DNA of 64,000 bases from Patescibacteria group bacterium (lineage in GTDB: Bacteria > Patescibacteriota > Microgenomatia > UBA1400 > PJMF01): contig BOKR01000001.1 in assembly GCA_016861085.1 (NCBI GenBank), positions 323,271 to 387,270 on the forward strand, read 5' to 3'. A program made the position numbers and the translations under genes. The notes under the pieces were generated by a model. The model had not been told where the DNA came from and made no database searches. It saw only the letters and a list, made by a program, of their open reading frames with translations. Of this stretch, positions 49,959-60,127 are shown in pieces. Position 1 is the first letter of the stretch. The number at the start of each line of letters is the position of its first letter.

Positions 49959-52016
49959 TTATTTCCAAGCAAGAAGATTCACCATCTTTCGTTCAAATTC
50001 TGTGTAAAGTCTTGGAAATTCTCGGGAAATAGCCTGTATTTGTAAACTATTTTTGAGGCGATACTGCTCGTGTTCAGAGATAATTGTTTTAACAATCTGC
50101 TTTATTTGTTTATTATCTGTGAGTTCAATGATGTGTTCGAGGTAGGTTATAACTTCGCCACTTGCGAGTATTCTTGCTTGTAGCATTGCTAGTCTATTCA
50201 AAATAATTGTTTTTCTTTGGTTTTCTAGATAGACAGAAAAAATGGGAGCAATTGTAATTTTATTTGCAATCTTTTTGACTGTTTTATAAAAGTTTTCTTT
50301 ACTTGGCAGCCTCCCACCAGATTGGTATCCTCGACCAAAATATAAACTTGGGTATTCTAGTGCATCAAGCTGAAGATCTATCTCACTCTGAAATTCAAAG
50401 AAAACAGCTTCATTAATATGCTGCTCAATAAAAAGTTTTTCAACAATTTTTCTTTCTATTTGTAGCGCTTCAAAACGGAGGCTATTTTCAAAGTCTTTTG
50501 GTAAAGCAAGCTCTTGAAGCATGCTCTTTTGTTTCATTTCCTCTTGGTATAAGTTTCTGAGAACATCTTTAATTACTGTTGTTGAAAATTCATCTTTAGG
50601 AAGTGATGATACTTTTTCTCGCGCTTTCTGAATAGAAAATATGTTGGCTTCAGCCTCCATAATTTTTTCTTCCTTTTTTGGTATATGTAACTTTAATAGA
50701 AACAGTAATTTTTTGATTGTGAGCCCATTTACTAAAAGCGTAAACAAAAAAGTTGCTAGAGTGAACACTAAGAACTGTTCTTTATATTGATATGAGTCTG
50801 GAAGGGAATACACCAAAACGAGCGGAATAACACCTCTGAGTCCCCCCCAGTTCAAAATATGTTGCCACGTAATTGGAATATTTGGCTCATCTTTAAAAAA
50901 GGAGAGCTTATTTGTTAGTGCTACAGTGACATAAATTGAGATCGCTCGGGCAAGAAGTACACTTACTACAGCATAAACAGTGATTACTGGATGACTAAAA
51001 AGCAACTCTACATCAAGATCAAAAGTTGTAAAGAAAAACACTAAAGATATGGAGAGAAAACCAAGGTATCCCCAAAATTTTTCCATAAAATGAATCACTG
51101 AGCTTGAAATTTTGGTTCTGCCCAAATTTCCCATTGTGATACCAGCTGCAACTGTTGAGATGACGCCAGATAAATGAAAGTAGTGTTCGGCCACAAGAAA
51201 TGAAATAAATGTTAACGCAACAGTCATTGTGGTTTCAATCAACTCGTCATTCTCAATTTTCGCAATAAAGAGCGATGTTAAGTATGCAAGGCCAAAACCT
51301 AAAAATAAGCTCCCTACAAAGACATAGGAAAAGTCTGCAATGCCTTTAAAAATTTCAGATGTTGAGAAAACTTTTTCAGCTATTACAAATCCAGCTAGAA
51401 GTTTGAATGCTATAACTGCAGTTGCATCGTTGAACATGCTTTCACCTTCGGCAACAAGTGACAATCTTTTTGGAGCACCAAGCTCTTTAAATATTGCCAA
51501 GACTGCAATCGGGTCAGTTGCTGATATGAGTGATCCAAAAAGTAAACCGTTCCAAAATCCAAGTCCAATTAAGGTGCTTAATAAACCAGCAACTGTTGCA
51601 GTAGCAACCAATAATCCGAATGTGGCAAGGAAGGTAATGGTTTTGAATTGAAGTTTAAATTGATGAAAATTAATATGAAATGCTGACTCGTACAAAAGTA
51701 TGGGTAATAGTATAAAATAAATAATTTCTGAAGAAACTTCAAAATGTGTTTCTAGGTTAAAATGTTTAAAAATAATTTGAAGTAATAATCCTCCAATAAG
51801 AAGTGCAACGGTGTATGGAAACTTAATTTTCTTAGTTATGCTCAGAATGACCGCAGTAACGACTAGAAAAAACCAATGAATATAATGCTGAGTATCAAGT
51901 TTTCCGAATGCATACAACAGAAGTATTTTACAGTTTTTTTTCCTCTGAATCAAAAGAATATTACGTATGTAATAAGTGTGTATTATAAAGAAGATTGGAC
52001 GTTTGAAAATACTCAA
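49959..52016 (-). CDS. Na+/H+ (cation:proton) antiporter, CPA1/NhaP-type, with cytoplasmic C-terminal domain
   Basis: SATDPIAVLAIFKELG and AEGESMFNDATAV motifs are present, about 12 TM helices. Confidence 0.8.
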   Translation of the reverse strand: MSIFKRPIFFIIHTYYIRNILLIQRKKNCKILLLYAFGKLDTQHYIHWFFLVVTAVILSITKKIKFPYTVALLIGGLLLQIIFKHFNLETHFEVSSEIIYFILLPILLYESAFHINFHQFKLQFKTITFLATFGLLVATATVAGLLSTLIGLGFWNGLLFGSLISATDPIAVLAIFKELGAPKRLSLVAEGESMFNDATAVIAFKLLAGFVIAEKVFSTSEIFKGIADFSYVFVGSLFLGFGLAYLTSLFIAKIENDELIETTMTVALTFISFLVAEHYFHLSGVISTVAAGITMGNLGRTKISSSVIHFMEKFWGYLGFLSISLVFFFTTFDLDVELLFSHPVITVYAVVSVLLARAISIYVTVALTNKLSFFKDEPNIPITWQHILNWGGLRGVIPLVLVYSLPDSYQYKEQFLVFTLATFLFTLLVNGLTIKKLLFLLKLHIPKKEEKIMEAEANIFSIQKAREKVSSLPKDEFSTTVIKDVLRNLYQEEMKQKSMLQELALPKDFENSLRFEALQIERKIVEKLFIEQHINEAVFFEFQSEIDLQLDALEYPSLYFGRGYQSGGRLPSKENFYKTVKKIANKITIAPIFSVYLENQRKTIILNRLAMLQARILASGEVITYLEHIIELTDNKQIKQIVKTIISEHEQYRLKNSLQIQAISREFPRLYTEFERKMVNLLAWK

Positions 52017-52019
52017 AAG

Positions 52020-53567
52020 TTAAGAAATGCCAACCAATTCTTTTAGTTGTGTGATTTTATTCAAATTAAATTCAAGTACATCGTTTGCTTTGTAGCAGTG
52101 CCCAACAAGTAAATGAGCTTCAGTATCAAGTTCATATGGTTTTATAGTTCTTTTATCTTTGTTTTCATCAATAAACATCAGGAGGTTGCCTTCATCAATT
52201 GCTTTAGAAATTATGGTTTGAATTGCTATAAGCTCATCTTTTTGACCTAATTCACCCTGAGTGAGATATTTAAACGTTGTCAGAAACGTGTTGATATGTG
52301 GGTCAATAATGATAAATTCTTTTTCAAATGGTTTGGTCAATACAATCCCGTTTAGGCTTGTGCAACGAGATAGAGCTACGTACGCCTGTCCATGAGCAAA
52401 TGTGCCCCATCCAAAATCAATGATGACATTTTCAAACGTTTTTCCTTGGCTTTTATGGATTGTAATTGCCCAAGCGAGGGTCAGTGGATATTGTGTGTAT
52501 GAGCCAACAACTTGTGTTTGGAGTTTATCGGTAGCAGGGTTGTAGTCAAGTTTAAACATCTCCCAGGTATGGGGTTCAACACTAACTTCAGTTCCGTCTT
52601 CGAGTTCGACAATAATGACATCAGAACTCCCTTTTGAACCCTGAACAACCTTAGAAATTTTTCCTAGCGAGCCATTCACCCAGCGCCCTTTTTTATCGTT
52701 TGCAACCATCATGATTTGAGCACCAGCTTTGAGTTCTAAAGTAGCGGTAGTTGGGAGGTATTTAGCATCAAAGGTTCCATCAGCTTTTCCTTCGTAGATA
52801 TATCGCTCGTTAAATAATTTGTTGAGGTGGTATTCGTTGATCTTTTTTGCAGCTTTGTTTGTTGTGGTGAGGGTTATAAAAAATCGGTTACTGGGAGTTT
52901 CAAACTGTGGGTCAAATCTTGCGTTGAGTTTGTCCAAGTGTGAGCTAGTGACGCTGTTTTCTCTCATCGCAGCTAGAATTTCGATAAATTCTTGGTCACT
53001 TTGCCGGTGAATTTTTGTCAGCTCTATAAAATGGAGATCTAGTTCTTCAAATACATTCGAAGAGAAAAAATAGGGGGTTTTGTAATAATCGGAAAAAATA
53101 TTCTTTTCATTTTCAGTTACTACTGGAGGTAGTTGGTGTAAGTCTCCAATGAAAATCATTCGTACACCACCAAATGGCTCATTTTCATTTTTAGCATGCA
53201 TTCTTAAAAATTGATCGATACAATCAAGAAGATCTGCCCGAACCATGGAGATTTCGTCTATTACAATAGTATCCAGTTTTTTGAATAATCCTTTTTTGTC
53301 TTTTCTTCTATAAAATGTATGAATTTTTTGAACAGTAACATCGGGTCTAAATCCAAAAAATGAGTGAATCGTTTGTCCCTTAACATTAAGTGCCGCAACT
53401 CCCGTGGGGGCTAGAACGGCGATTGTTTGTTTTGTAATTGATCGCCAGTACTCAAGTAACGTTGATTTTCCTGTTCCGGCATTGCCTGTCAAAAAGATAT
53501 GCTTTTTGGATGATTCTAAATCTTGAAGTGTCTGCTGAGTGTTTGGATCAAGTTTGGGTTTTTGCAT
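52020..53567 (-). CDS. Pif1/RecD-family ATP-dependent DNA helicase
   Basis: Walker A GNAGTGKST, Walker B IVIDEISMV, and SF1 motif AITIHKSQG near the C-terminus. Confidence 0.8.
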   Translation of the reverse strand: MQKPKLDPNTQQTLQDLESSKKHIFLTGNAGTGKSTLLEYWRSITKQTIAVLAPTGVAALNVKGQTIHSFFGFRPDVTVQKIHTFYRRKDKKGLFKKLDTIVIDEISMVRADLLDCIDQFLRMHAKNENEPFGGVRMIFIGDLHQLPPVVTENEKNIFSDYYKTPYFFSSNVFEELDLHFIELTKIHRQSDQEFIEILAAMRENSVTSSHLDKLNARFDPQFETPSNRFFITLTTTNKAAKKINEYHLNKLFNERYIYEGKADGTFDAKYLPTTATLELKAGAQIMMVANDKKGRWVNGSLGKISKVVQGSKGSSDVIIVELEDGTEVSVEPHTWEMFKLDYNPATDKLQTQVVGSYTQYPLTLAWAITIHKSQGKTFENVIIDFGWGTFAHGQAYVALSRCTSLNGIVLTKPFEKEFIIIDPHINTFLTTFKYLTQGELGQKDELIAIQTIISKAIDEGNLLMFIDENKDKRTIKPYELDTEAHLLVGHCYKANDVLEFNLNKITQLKELVGIS

Positions 53568-53605
53568 GGAGACTTCATTGTACTATTTTTGTTACAATAC
53601 GGTGC

Positions 53606-54085
53606 ATGCAAAAAGTTACCAAAACAATTCCGTTTACAACGCAAAAATACAAAGAGATGCAACAGAAAGTCGCCCAGCTTGAGTCTGAGCTCGAGCAAGT
53701 TATGCAACGCCTCATTGAAGCTCGCGCCATGGGTGACCTCTCAGAAAATGGTGCATATAAATATGCTAAGTTTGAACTCGGCAATATTTCTCGACAGTTA
53801 AAGAGGTATAAGAATTTACTAGCCAAAGGGTTTCCTGCTCCCAAAAATACAGGTGTTAAAGGAACAATAGATTTTGGAAGTACGGTAACTATAGAAAAAG
53901 TTGATGCAACAAGAAAACAGAAGACTTTTATGATTGTGAGCGAACATGAATCAGATCCTTCGCAAGGAAAACTTGCCTATTCTAGTCCAATAGGGAAAGA
54001 ATTAATGAGAAAAAGAATCGGAGATCGTATAACAGTTGTTACTCCTGCAGGTGAGTCTAAATTTACTATTATAAACATATCTTAA
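53606..54085 (+). CDS. GreA/GreB-family transcript cleavage factor paralog
   Basis: MGDLSENGAYKYAK acidic tip and C-terminal FKBP-like domain. Start is at ATG 53606 (MQKVTK). Confidence 0.75.
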   Translation: MQKVTKTIPFTTQKYKEMQQKVAQLESELEQVMQRLIEARAMGDLSENGAYKYAKFELGNISRQLKRYKNLLAKGFPAPKNTGVKGTIDFGSTVTIEKVDATRKQKTFMIVSEHESDPSQGKLAYSSPIGKELMRKRIGDRITVVTPAGESKFTIINIS

Positions 54086-54252
54086 TTACAATTCAATGGT
54101 GTCAAAAATTCAGAGCTGACCTTACAATCCGGGTTGTTATACATAGTAGTGGGCCATGCCTTAGAAAGGTTCTATGTCACTACAAAAAAACATTATTGAA
54201 TCCTATGTCCGGACTGAAGCTCATCCTTCAGTAAAAGAGGACGGCTTTATTT

Positions 54253-54969
54253 ATGGGGTTCCTCCCTTACGAGAATTTAATTAAACTTGCAGTTGAGATG
54301 AATAAAATGAGAGATGCTGAAAAAAAGTCGCATAGGCTTGATCAAGCATATCTACGATGGCAGCGAGTAAGAATGAGAGGCATACCATTAAATGGTAATA
54401 GTGCTTCGAATCTAACTACATTTAAAACTGGTTTTGAAGGGTACTTTGTTAATAAAGTCAGATCATCAGACGAATTACTAACTGAGTTATTAAATATCGG
54501 TAAAGATATTTGGGCAAATATTAGGCGTTTGCATAAAATGAATCCAATGAAAATTCAGGAATTAAAAAAGACCATTTTAAGTAATGATCAGTATACATTG
54601 GCTTCTGTAGCAGAATGGTCTGGAATTCTAGGTGCACAAATAGGAAGACTCAGAGTAAATGTTTTACATAACCCTACTGCATTGGCTTTTCAATCTGAAA
54701 CGAGACAGGCAGTTGCCGGATTGCCCAAAATTGAATATACTCTAGATCGTGGTGGTCCTGTTGCGCAAAGGTATAAACTCCCAGAGATATCTGGGTCAAC
54801 AATTGCGACATTTAATGGTCTTACTGATGAACAAAAGTTATATTGGGCAACGGTTTTAAATTTAGGCAAGTTTGGACATCCATTGGTTAGAGCTGCATTA
54901 GAGGAACTATATAAATATTCTGACAGTTCTCAGTTTGGGTCATACGGTGGGTTAAAAAGGAGGATATGA
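54253..54969 (+). CDS. hypothetical protein
   Basis: 238-aa ORF. Its stop overlaps the malic enzyme start by 4 nt. Confidence 0.5.
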   Translation: MGFLPYENLIKLAVEMNKMRDAEKKSHRLDQAYLRWQRVRMRGIPLNGNSASNLTTFKTGFEGYFVNKVRSSDELLTELLNIGKDIWANIRRLHKMNPMKIQELKKTILSNDQYTLASVAEWSGILGAQIGRLRVNVLHNPTALAFQSETRQAVAGLPKIEYTLDRGGPVAQRYKLPEISGSTIATFNGLTDEQKLYWATVLNLGKFGHPLVRAALEELYKYSDSSQFGSYGGLKRRI

Positions 54970-56156
54970 ACGATATCGCACAACAATCAATAGCATTACA
55001 CAAAGAACAGCAAGGGAAACTTGCGGTTGTTTCTAAAGTAAAAATTGAAGATTCACATGATCTATCACTTGCTTATACTCCAGGAGTTGGCGCAGTATCG
55101 AAAGCTATTGCAAAGAATGAAGCTCTGTCTCGAGAGATGACTCTGAATGGACGAACTGTGGCGATTATTTCAGATGGAACTGCAGTGTTAGGGTTAGGTG
55201 ATATTGGGCCTTATGCCGCCTTGCCAGTCATGGAAGGCAAAGCATTACTAATCAAGCAGTTTGCAGGTCTTGATTCTTTTCCGCTGGTACTTAATACGAA
55301 AGATCCAGCAGAAATCATTAAGTTTGTAAGATATGTTGCACCAACATTCTCTGCAGTTAATTTAGAGGATATTAAAGCACCACAATGTTTTCAGGTTGAA
55401 GAAGCTTTGCAAGACTTGGGTATCCCCGTATTCCACGATGATCAACATGGGACTGCAGTGGTGGTAGCTGCAGCATTAAGAAATGCTGCGAAAGTCGTTG
55501 AGAAACCATACAATGGTTTAAGAGTTGGTATCATTGGTGCTGGAGCGGCTGGTCTTGCTATTGCTAAGATGCTACTAGGTGCAAGTTGTCATGCTAATAG
55601 TTGTTCTTTTGTTGATATGTTGCCAAGAGTTGGTGAAGTGGTTGTTTTTGATAGCCAAGGCGCTCTGTATAAGGGCAGGCCAGGTATGAATGTGTATAAG
55701 CAAGCTATCGCTGGGATTAGTAATAATGGTTCTTTACAAGGCTCACCTGAGCAAGTTTTGAAGGGTTTTGATGTTGTTATTGGTGTGTCAGGTCCAGGAA
55801 CTATCACTTCTGAATTAGTACGTGATTTGGCAGACAAGTCTATTGTTTTTGCTATGGCCAATCCTGATCCAGAGATTATGCCACAAGAGGCTAAAGCAGC
55901 AGGAGCGTATGTGATAGCAACTGGAAGAAGTGATTTTGCAAATCAAATTAATAATGTGTTGGCATTTCCGGCGATCTTTAAGATTGCTCATGAACTAAAG
56001 TTGAAGCAAATTACTCTAGAAGTGAAGATTGCTTTAGTTGAGGCATTGGCGTCATTAGTGCCCGATCCAAACCCTGAAGAAGTGATTGTCTCACCTTTTT
56101 ATCCACATCTGGTTGACGTGCTGACACAAAAAGTTATTGAAAAACTGAGAAGTTAA
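54966..56156 (+). CDS. NAD(P)-dependent malic enzyme (short form)
   Basis: LAYTPGVG, VAIISDGTAVLGLGDIG and Rossmann GAGAAG motifs are present. Confidence 0.85.
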   Translation: MNDIAQQSIALHKEQQGKLAVVSKVKIEDSHDLSLAYTPGVGAVSKAIAKNEALSREMTLNGRTVAIISDGTAVLGLGDIGPYAALPVMEGKALLIKQFAGLDSFPLVLNTKDPAEIIKFVRYVAPTFSAVNLEDIKAPQCFQVEEALQDLGIPVFHDDQHGTAVVVAAALRNAAKVVEKPYNGLRVGIIGAGAAGLAIAKMLLGASCHANSCSFVDMLPRVGEVVVFDSQGALYKGRPGMNVYKQAIAGISNNGSLQGSPEQVLKGFDVVIGVSGPGTITSELVRDLADKSIVFAMANPDPEIMPQEAKAAGAYVIATGRSDFANQINNVLAFPAIFKIAHELKLKQITLEVKIALVEALASLVPDPNPEEVIVSPFYPHLVDVLTQKVIEKLRS

Positions 56157-57306
56157 TTTTAATAACTTTATCGTCATTCTGTTTGATAGCACCCCTACCA
56201 TCTTTGTTGCTGGTTGAAATGTACAGCCATTTTTTGTCTGGGCTAACAGTTACAGCGCGGAGTCTACCAAACTCTTTGTCAAAATGTTTTTTAAAGTTGA
56301 TAAGCTTTTTGCCAGATATTTTTGCACTATATAAACCTTCACCGCGAAGTCCTGTGAAATAAAGTGTATCTTCATGAATTGCTAATCCAGCTGGTGCCCA
56401 AGTAGTTTTTGAGCCAGACTGGAGAACAGGCGTGACCATGCCATTCTTTGTTTTTGTCCCGGTGATAGTTGGCCACCCGTAGTTTTTGCCCATTTCAATA
56501 AGATTAACTTCATCTAACCCTGTTGTGGTTCCAGAAGGACCATGCTCGGTCTCCCAGAGGTTCCCATTTGAATCCCAGGCAATTCCTTGTGGGTTTCTGT
56601 GACCATAACTATATACGGGGTTCATAAATGGATTACCAGGAGCGGCTTTTCCTTCATCTGTTATTCGCAAGATTTTTCCTGCAAGTGTACTGGTATTTTG
56701 TGCTGAAGCAGAGGTGCCAGCATCACCAGTTGTGATGTATAGATATCCGTCTGGTCCAAACGCCATTCTTCCGCCATCATGGAATACTGCTCCAGGAATA
56801 TTCTCAATGATAACCACTCTATTATTAAGTGTATTGTTTCTTTCATCTAAGGTGTAACGCTCTACCCTGTTTTTTAATCCTGATTTTGTTTCTGAGGTCA
56901 AATAAAGATAAATCCAGTTATTTTCATCGTAGTTTGGATGCAATACTACACCCAAGAGACCACCTTCACCAATATGCTCAACTCCTGATACAGGAATAGA
57001 CTGTTTTGAGTTTTCTTGAATGTGAAGCAGTGTTCCTGGGCGTTGTGTTACTAATAAACTATTATCAGGAAGAAAAGCAATCTCCCAAGGTATTTCAAGT
57101 CGATCTGCTATGACTTGGATTGGTTCTTCCATTGTTGTGCTTTCACCTTTGGTATTTTCTTCATTAGCTGTTTCTTGAATGCTCGCACCTTGCGTTGTTT
57201 GGTTTCCAACAGTGGTTGGATTTGCCATGTAGCGGATTGTTATTGCGAGTAAAATCAGAAACACAACTAGACTGAGTACGAGTATTTTTTGTTTAGTCAT
57301 ATACAT
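56134..57306 (-). CDS. PQQ-dependent soluble sugar (aldose) dehydrogenase, YliI/GSDH family, signal-anchored
   Basis: N-terminal TM helix, HDGGRMAFGPDGYLYITTGD, and a beta-propeller repeat pattern. Confidence 0.75.
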   Translation of the reverse strand: MYMTKQKILVLSLVVFLILLAITIRYMANPTTVGNQTTQGASIQETANEENTKGESTTMEEPIQVIADRLEIPWEIAFLPDNSLLVTQRPGTLLHIQENSKQSIPVSGVEHIGEGGLLGVVLHPNYDENNWIYLYLTSETKSGLKNRVERYTLDERNNTLNNRVVIIENIPGAVFHDGGRMAFGPDGYLYITTGDAGTSASAQNTSTLAGKILRITDEGKAAPGNPFMNPVYSYGHRNPQGIAWDSNGNLWETEHGPSGTTTGLDEVNLIEMGKNYGWPTITGTKTKNGMVTPVLQSGSKTTWAPAGLAIHEDTLYFTGLRGEGLYSAKISGKKLINFKKHFDKEFGRLRAVTVSPDKKWLYISTSNKDGRGAIKQNDDKVIKINFSVFQ

Positions 57307-57337
57307 CAGTATATTTTAAATCATTTAATGATGCAAT

Positions 57338-58054
57338 CTATGTTTCAATAATTGCTGAAACAGTTGGAAGGATGGTGTCTCGGGTGACAACGTGCCACTG
57401 GTTTTTTTCTGCTGTTTTAATGACTTCAGATTCTTTTGGTTCTAATACAAATGCGTGATCAACTACTTTTAGCAGATCTAAATCACCTGACGAATCTCCA
57501 AAACCAAGTGATAGTAAATCAATAGTTCCAATCTCTAATTGTTTGACAATTTCTGCTTTTGCCTCTTCATTGAGTAGCTTGAGGACTTTTCCAGTGTAGA
57601 TACCGTCCTTTGTTTCTATTTGAGATGAAAAACTTTGTACTCCAAGTTCATTAGCAATATGAGAAACGACTGGTTCAACAGTTGCAGAAACAATATAGAT
57701 TTCAAAACTATTTTTTTTTAGTTTTTCTAATAGTTGTGGTGCAAACGGAAATATTTTTTCGATGTTAAAGAAATGAAATTGCCACTCTTTTACTTCTGCA
57801 ACGGTTCTGCCTTTTAGAATTTCACCTGCCAAAGCGACTCCTTGAGCAGTAGCATCGTTATAGGAAATTGTTTGGTTTGTAAATTCATTGACAAGTTTTT
57901 TTGCAGCTTCAACATTTTTTTTTGAGGTTAAATTGTTGGGAATAACATAGTTGAGAATAAAATCGATCAAGGTATACCCGTTGTATAGGGTTTTATCTAA
58001 ATCAATCAGTGCAATTTTTCTCATACTTGTCATTCTAGCATAGGATATACTCAA
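57338..58054 (-). CDS. HAD-superfamily hydrolase (subfamily IB-like)
   Basis: Motif I IALIDLDKTL and motif IV GDSSGD. Confidence 0.7.
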   Translation of the reverse strand: MSISYARMTSMRKIALIDLDKTLYNGYTLIDFILNYVIPNNLTSKKNVEAAKKLVNEFTNQTISYNDATAQGVALAGEILKGRTVAEVKEWQFHFFNIEKIFPFAPQLLEKLKKNSFEIYIVSATVEPVVSHIANELGVQSFSSQIETKDGIYTGKVLKLLNEEAKAEIVKQLEIGTIDLLSLGFGDSSGDLDLLKVVDHAFVLEPKESEVIKTAEKNQWHVVTRDTILPTVSAIIET

Positions 58055-58096
58055 TACTCATTGTCTAATATTGATGCTTCTTGATACTATACAGGA

Positions 58097-59593
58097 ATGG
58101 ACATAAAAAAATTACCGTTTTCATCATTCCGTGATAAAGAACTTTGGGAGGCTTACATCAATGAAAAATTGGCCCCTTTTGAAAAAAAATTACCGGAATA
58201 TTTAAAGTATTGGTATGTTGAAAGCCAAGAAAACAGTAAAGCATATCCGAGTCAAGGTTTACTAAAGACGCCATTTGATTTCCTAAAATACAGACAAAGG
58301 GGTATGTTACCCCTCAAAGAAATGATGCATGTTTTGAGAGTGCGGCAGTATTTTTTGGAAATCTTCAACCATCCCGAGCGAATTGCTGCTTTGAAAAAAA
58401 TACAGCGAAAAAAGTTTGTGCCTCCTCCAAAAGTCTCAAGTACCGTTATGGAACAAACTATTTTTGAGGGTTTAGCAGTATCAATTTCAGACTTGGGGAT
58501 ACGAGTAGTTGGGTCTCAAAGAGAACGGGTTTCGCGAAGATTCAGACTTAACGCTGGCCCATTTGTCAAACTAGGAAAATATGCTCGCTCTGTCTTGGTT
58601 GGCTCTGCTATGCCAGATGTCTGGGGAAGTGTATATGCTATCTCAACAATGGCACAGTGCCTTGCACTTGTTGGGGTGCCTAGGAATGGTCCATTCAACG
58701 TTATAGAAAGACAAGTTGATCTAGCAAAACAGGTTTTTACTGCTTTAGAGGAAAGTGAAGTGCTTATTGGTCGCAGTTACTACGATAAAAAATTTCTCTT
58801 GGATTATTGGAAACATAACGTGATGGGAGTGCTTGATGCTGATCCTAAAAAAGCAATCATTAGAGGAAAAGCACTCTATAAAGTGGGAGTGAGAACTTTT
58901 AGAGTTTACTCACCAGAGCCGGGAATGTCAGTGGTTAGAACAGTTACTGCCCTTCGTAAAGAGTTTGGAGATGATATAGAAATTTTTGCTGGACAAGTTG
59001 TTGATGTGTTACAAGCTAAACAAATTGAACAAGCCGGTGCTGACGGTTTATATATTGGAATTGGAGGTGGTGGCAGGTGTATTACTGGTGTCCGCAGTGG
59101 TAGTGTCATTGATTGGCCGATTTTGCTGTGGGAGCTTCGCGGTGAAATCACCATTCCGGTTATTGTTGAAGGGGGAGCAAGCGACCATATTGCAACTTCA
59201 TTGGCACTGGGTGCATCTGGGATTGGTGTGTCCCGGGCAGTTGCAGGGGGAACTGTTGAGTCACCAGGAGGAATGCTCTACTACGTTGATGAAGCGGGTG
59301 AATACTTTAAACCGTATGGTGGTGAAGCATCTGCACGAACAAAATATTTGGATAACAAGATGCTGCCATTTGAAATGCCCTCTTTTGTTGAGGGCGAAAT
59401 TAAAAAAGCGTACATGAATCACTTGCCTTATGGTGTGCCAACAATTCCATTTCATGTTCACAATTTAACAGAGGATATTATTCTCTCATTGGTTTTCAGA
59501 AGTGTTGAAGATATTGAACAATTTCAAGCGCTTGATCCCTCACCAATCAGAAAAAATACTCCCCAAGGAACTTGGCAACAAAACACGCACTAG
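58097..59593 (+). CDS. divergent IMPDH/GMP-reductase-family TIM-barrel protein
   Basis: GADGLYIGIGGGGRCITGVRSG matches the IMPDH Cys loop GADxxKVGIGPGSICTTR. EGGASDHIATSLALGASGIGVS matches the IMPDH GGI...GA...G region. RLNAGPF...SAMPDV matches the N-terminal barrel strand. No CBS pair is present, and there is an extra N-terminal region of about 100 aa. Confidence 0.6.
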   Translation: MDIKKLPFSSFRDKELWEAYINEKLAPFEKKLPEYLKYWYVESQENSKAYPSQGLLKTPFDFLKYRQRGMLPLKEMMHVLRVRQYFLEIFNHPERIAALKKIQRKKFVPPPKVSSTVMEQTIFEGLAVSISDLGIRVVGSQRERVSRRFRLNAGPFVKLGKYARSVLVGSAMPDVWGSVYAISTMAQCLALVGVPRNGPFNVIERQVDLAKQVFTALEESEVLIGRSYYDKKFLLDYWKHNVMGVLDADPKKAIIRGKALYKVGVRTFRVYSPEPGMSVVRTVTALRKEFGDDIEIFAGQVVDVLQAKQIEQAGADGLYIGIGGGGRCITGVRSGSVIDWPILLWELRGEITIPVIVEGGASDHIATSLALGASGIGVSRAVAGGTVESPGGMLYYVDEAGEYFKPYGGEASARTKYLDNKMLPFEMPSFVEGEIKKAYMNHLPYGVPTIPFHVHNLTEDIILSLVFRSVEDIEQFQALDPSPIRKNTPQGTWQQNTH

Positions 59594-59609
59594 AAGGACC
59601 AAGTTAAAA

Positions 59610-60110
59610 TTATTGCTTCAGTTTCTGCTTGAGCTCATCAATTTCTGATTTTAGTTCAGCCATTTTTAGTTCTCTATTAATCATCATTTCGTTCATGGCC
59701 TCTAATTCTTTTATGGTTTCCTGCATTTTTTGTTCAGAGGCATTTTGTTCAGAGACGTCTTGAATGAGGGCGAGCCAATGTGGTTCACCATGAATGAGAA
59801 TTCTTCTCAGAGAGAACAGTGATTCAAAAAAGCTACCATCTTTTTTCTTGAATTTAACTGGGTACTTATCAGTGAACCCTTTTTCCATTGTATTTTTCAA
59901 AATCGTATCCCTGTCTGTTGGGTCGTAGTATAGGTCTGCAACGCTATTAATTTTTTCGATATCTTCTGGGGTGAAACCGCTTATTTGAAGAAGCATTTTG
60001 TTATACATAAGCAATTTTCCCTGCATATTACTAATCCCCAGCCCAATGGGAGCTTGTTCAAAAAGTACCTGAGCTAAATTTGTGTCTTGTAGTAACTGAT
60101 TTTTTAGCAT
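59610..60110 (-). CDS. PAS-domain protein with C-terminal coiled coil
   Basis: A PAS-like N-terminal fold is suggested (FEQAPIGLGISNMQGKLLMYNKMLLQISGFTPEDI...). The C-terminus is heptad-rich. Confidence 0.55.
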   Translation of the reverse strand: MLKNQLLQDTNLAQVLFEQAPIGLGISNMQGKLLMYNKMLLQISGFTPEDIEKINSVADLYYDPTDRDTILKNTMEKGFTDKYPVKFKKKDGSFFESLFSLRRILIHGEPHWLALIQDVSEQNASEQKMQETIKELEAMNEMMINRELKMAELKSEIDELKQKLKQ

Positions 60111-60127
60111 ATTTTGTGTTTTCTTTT

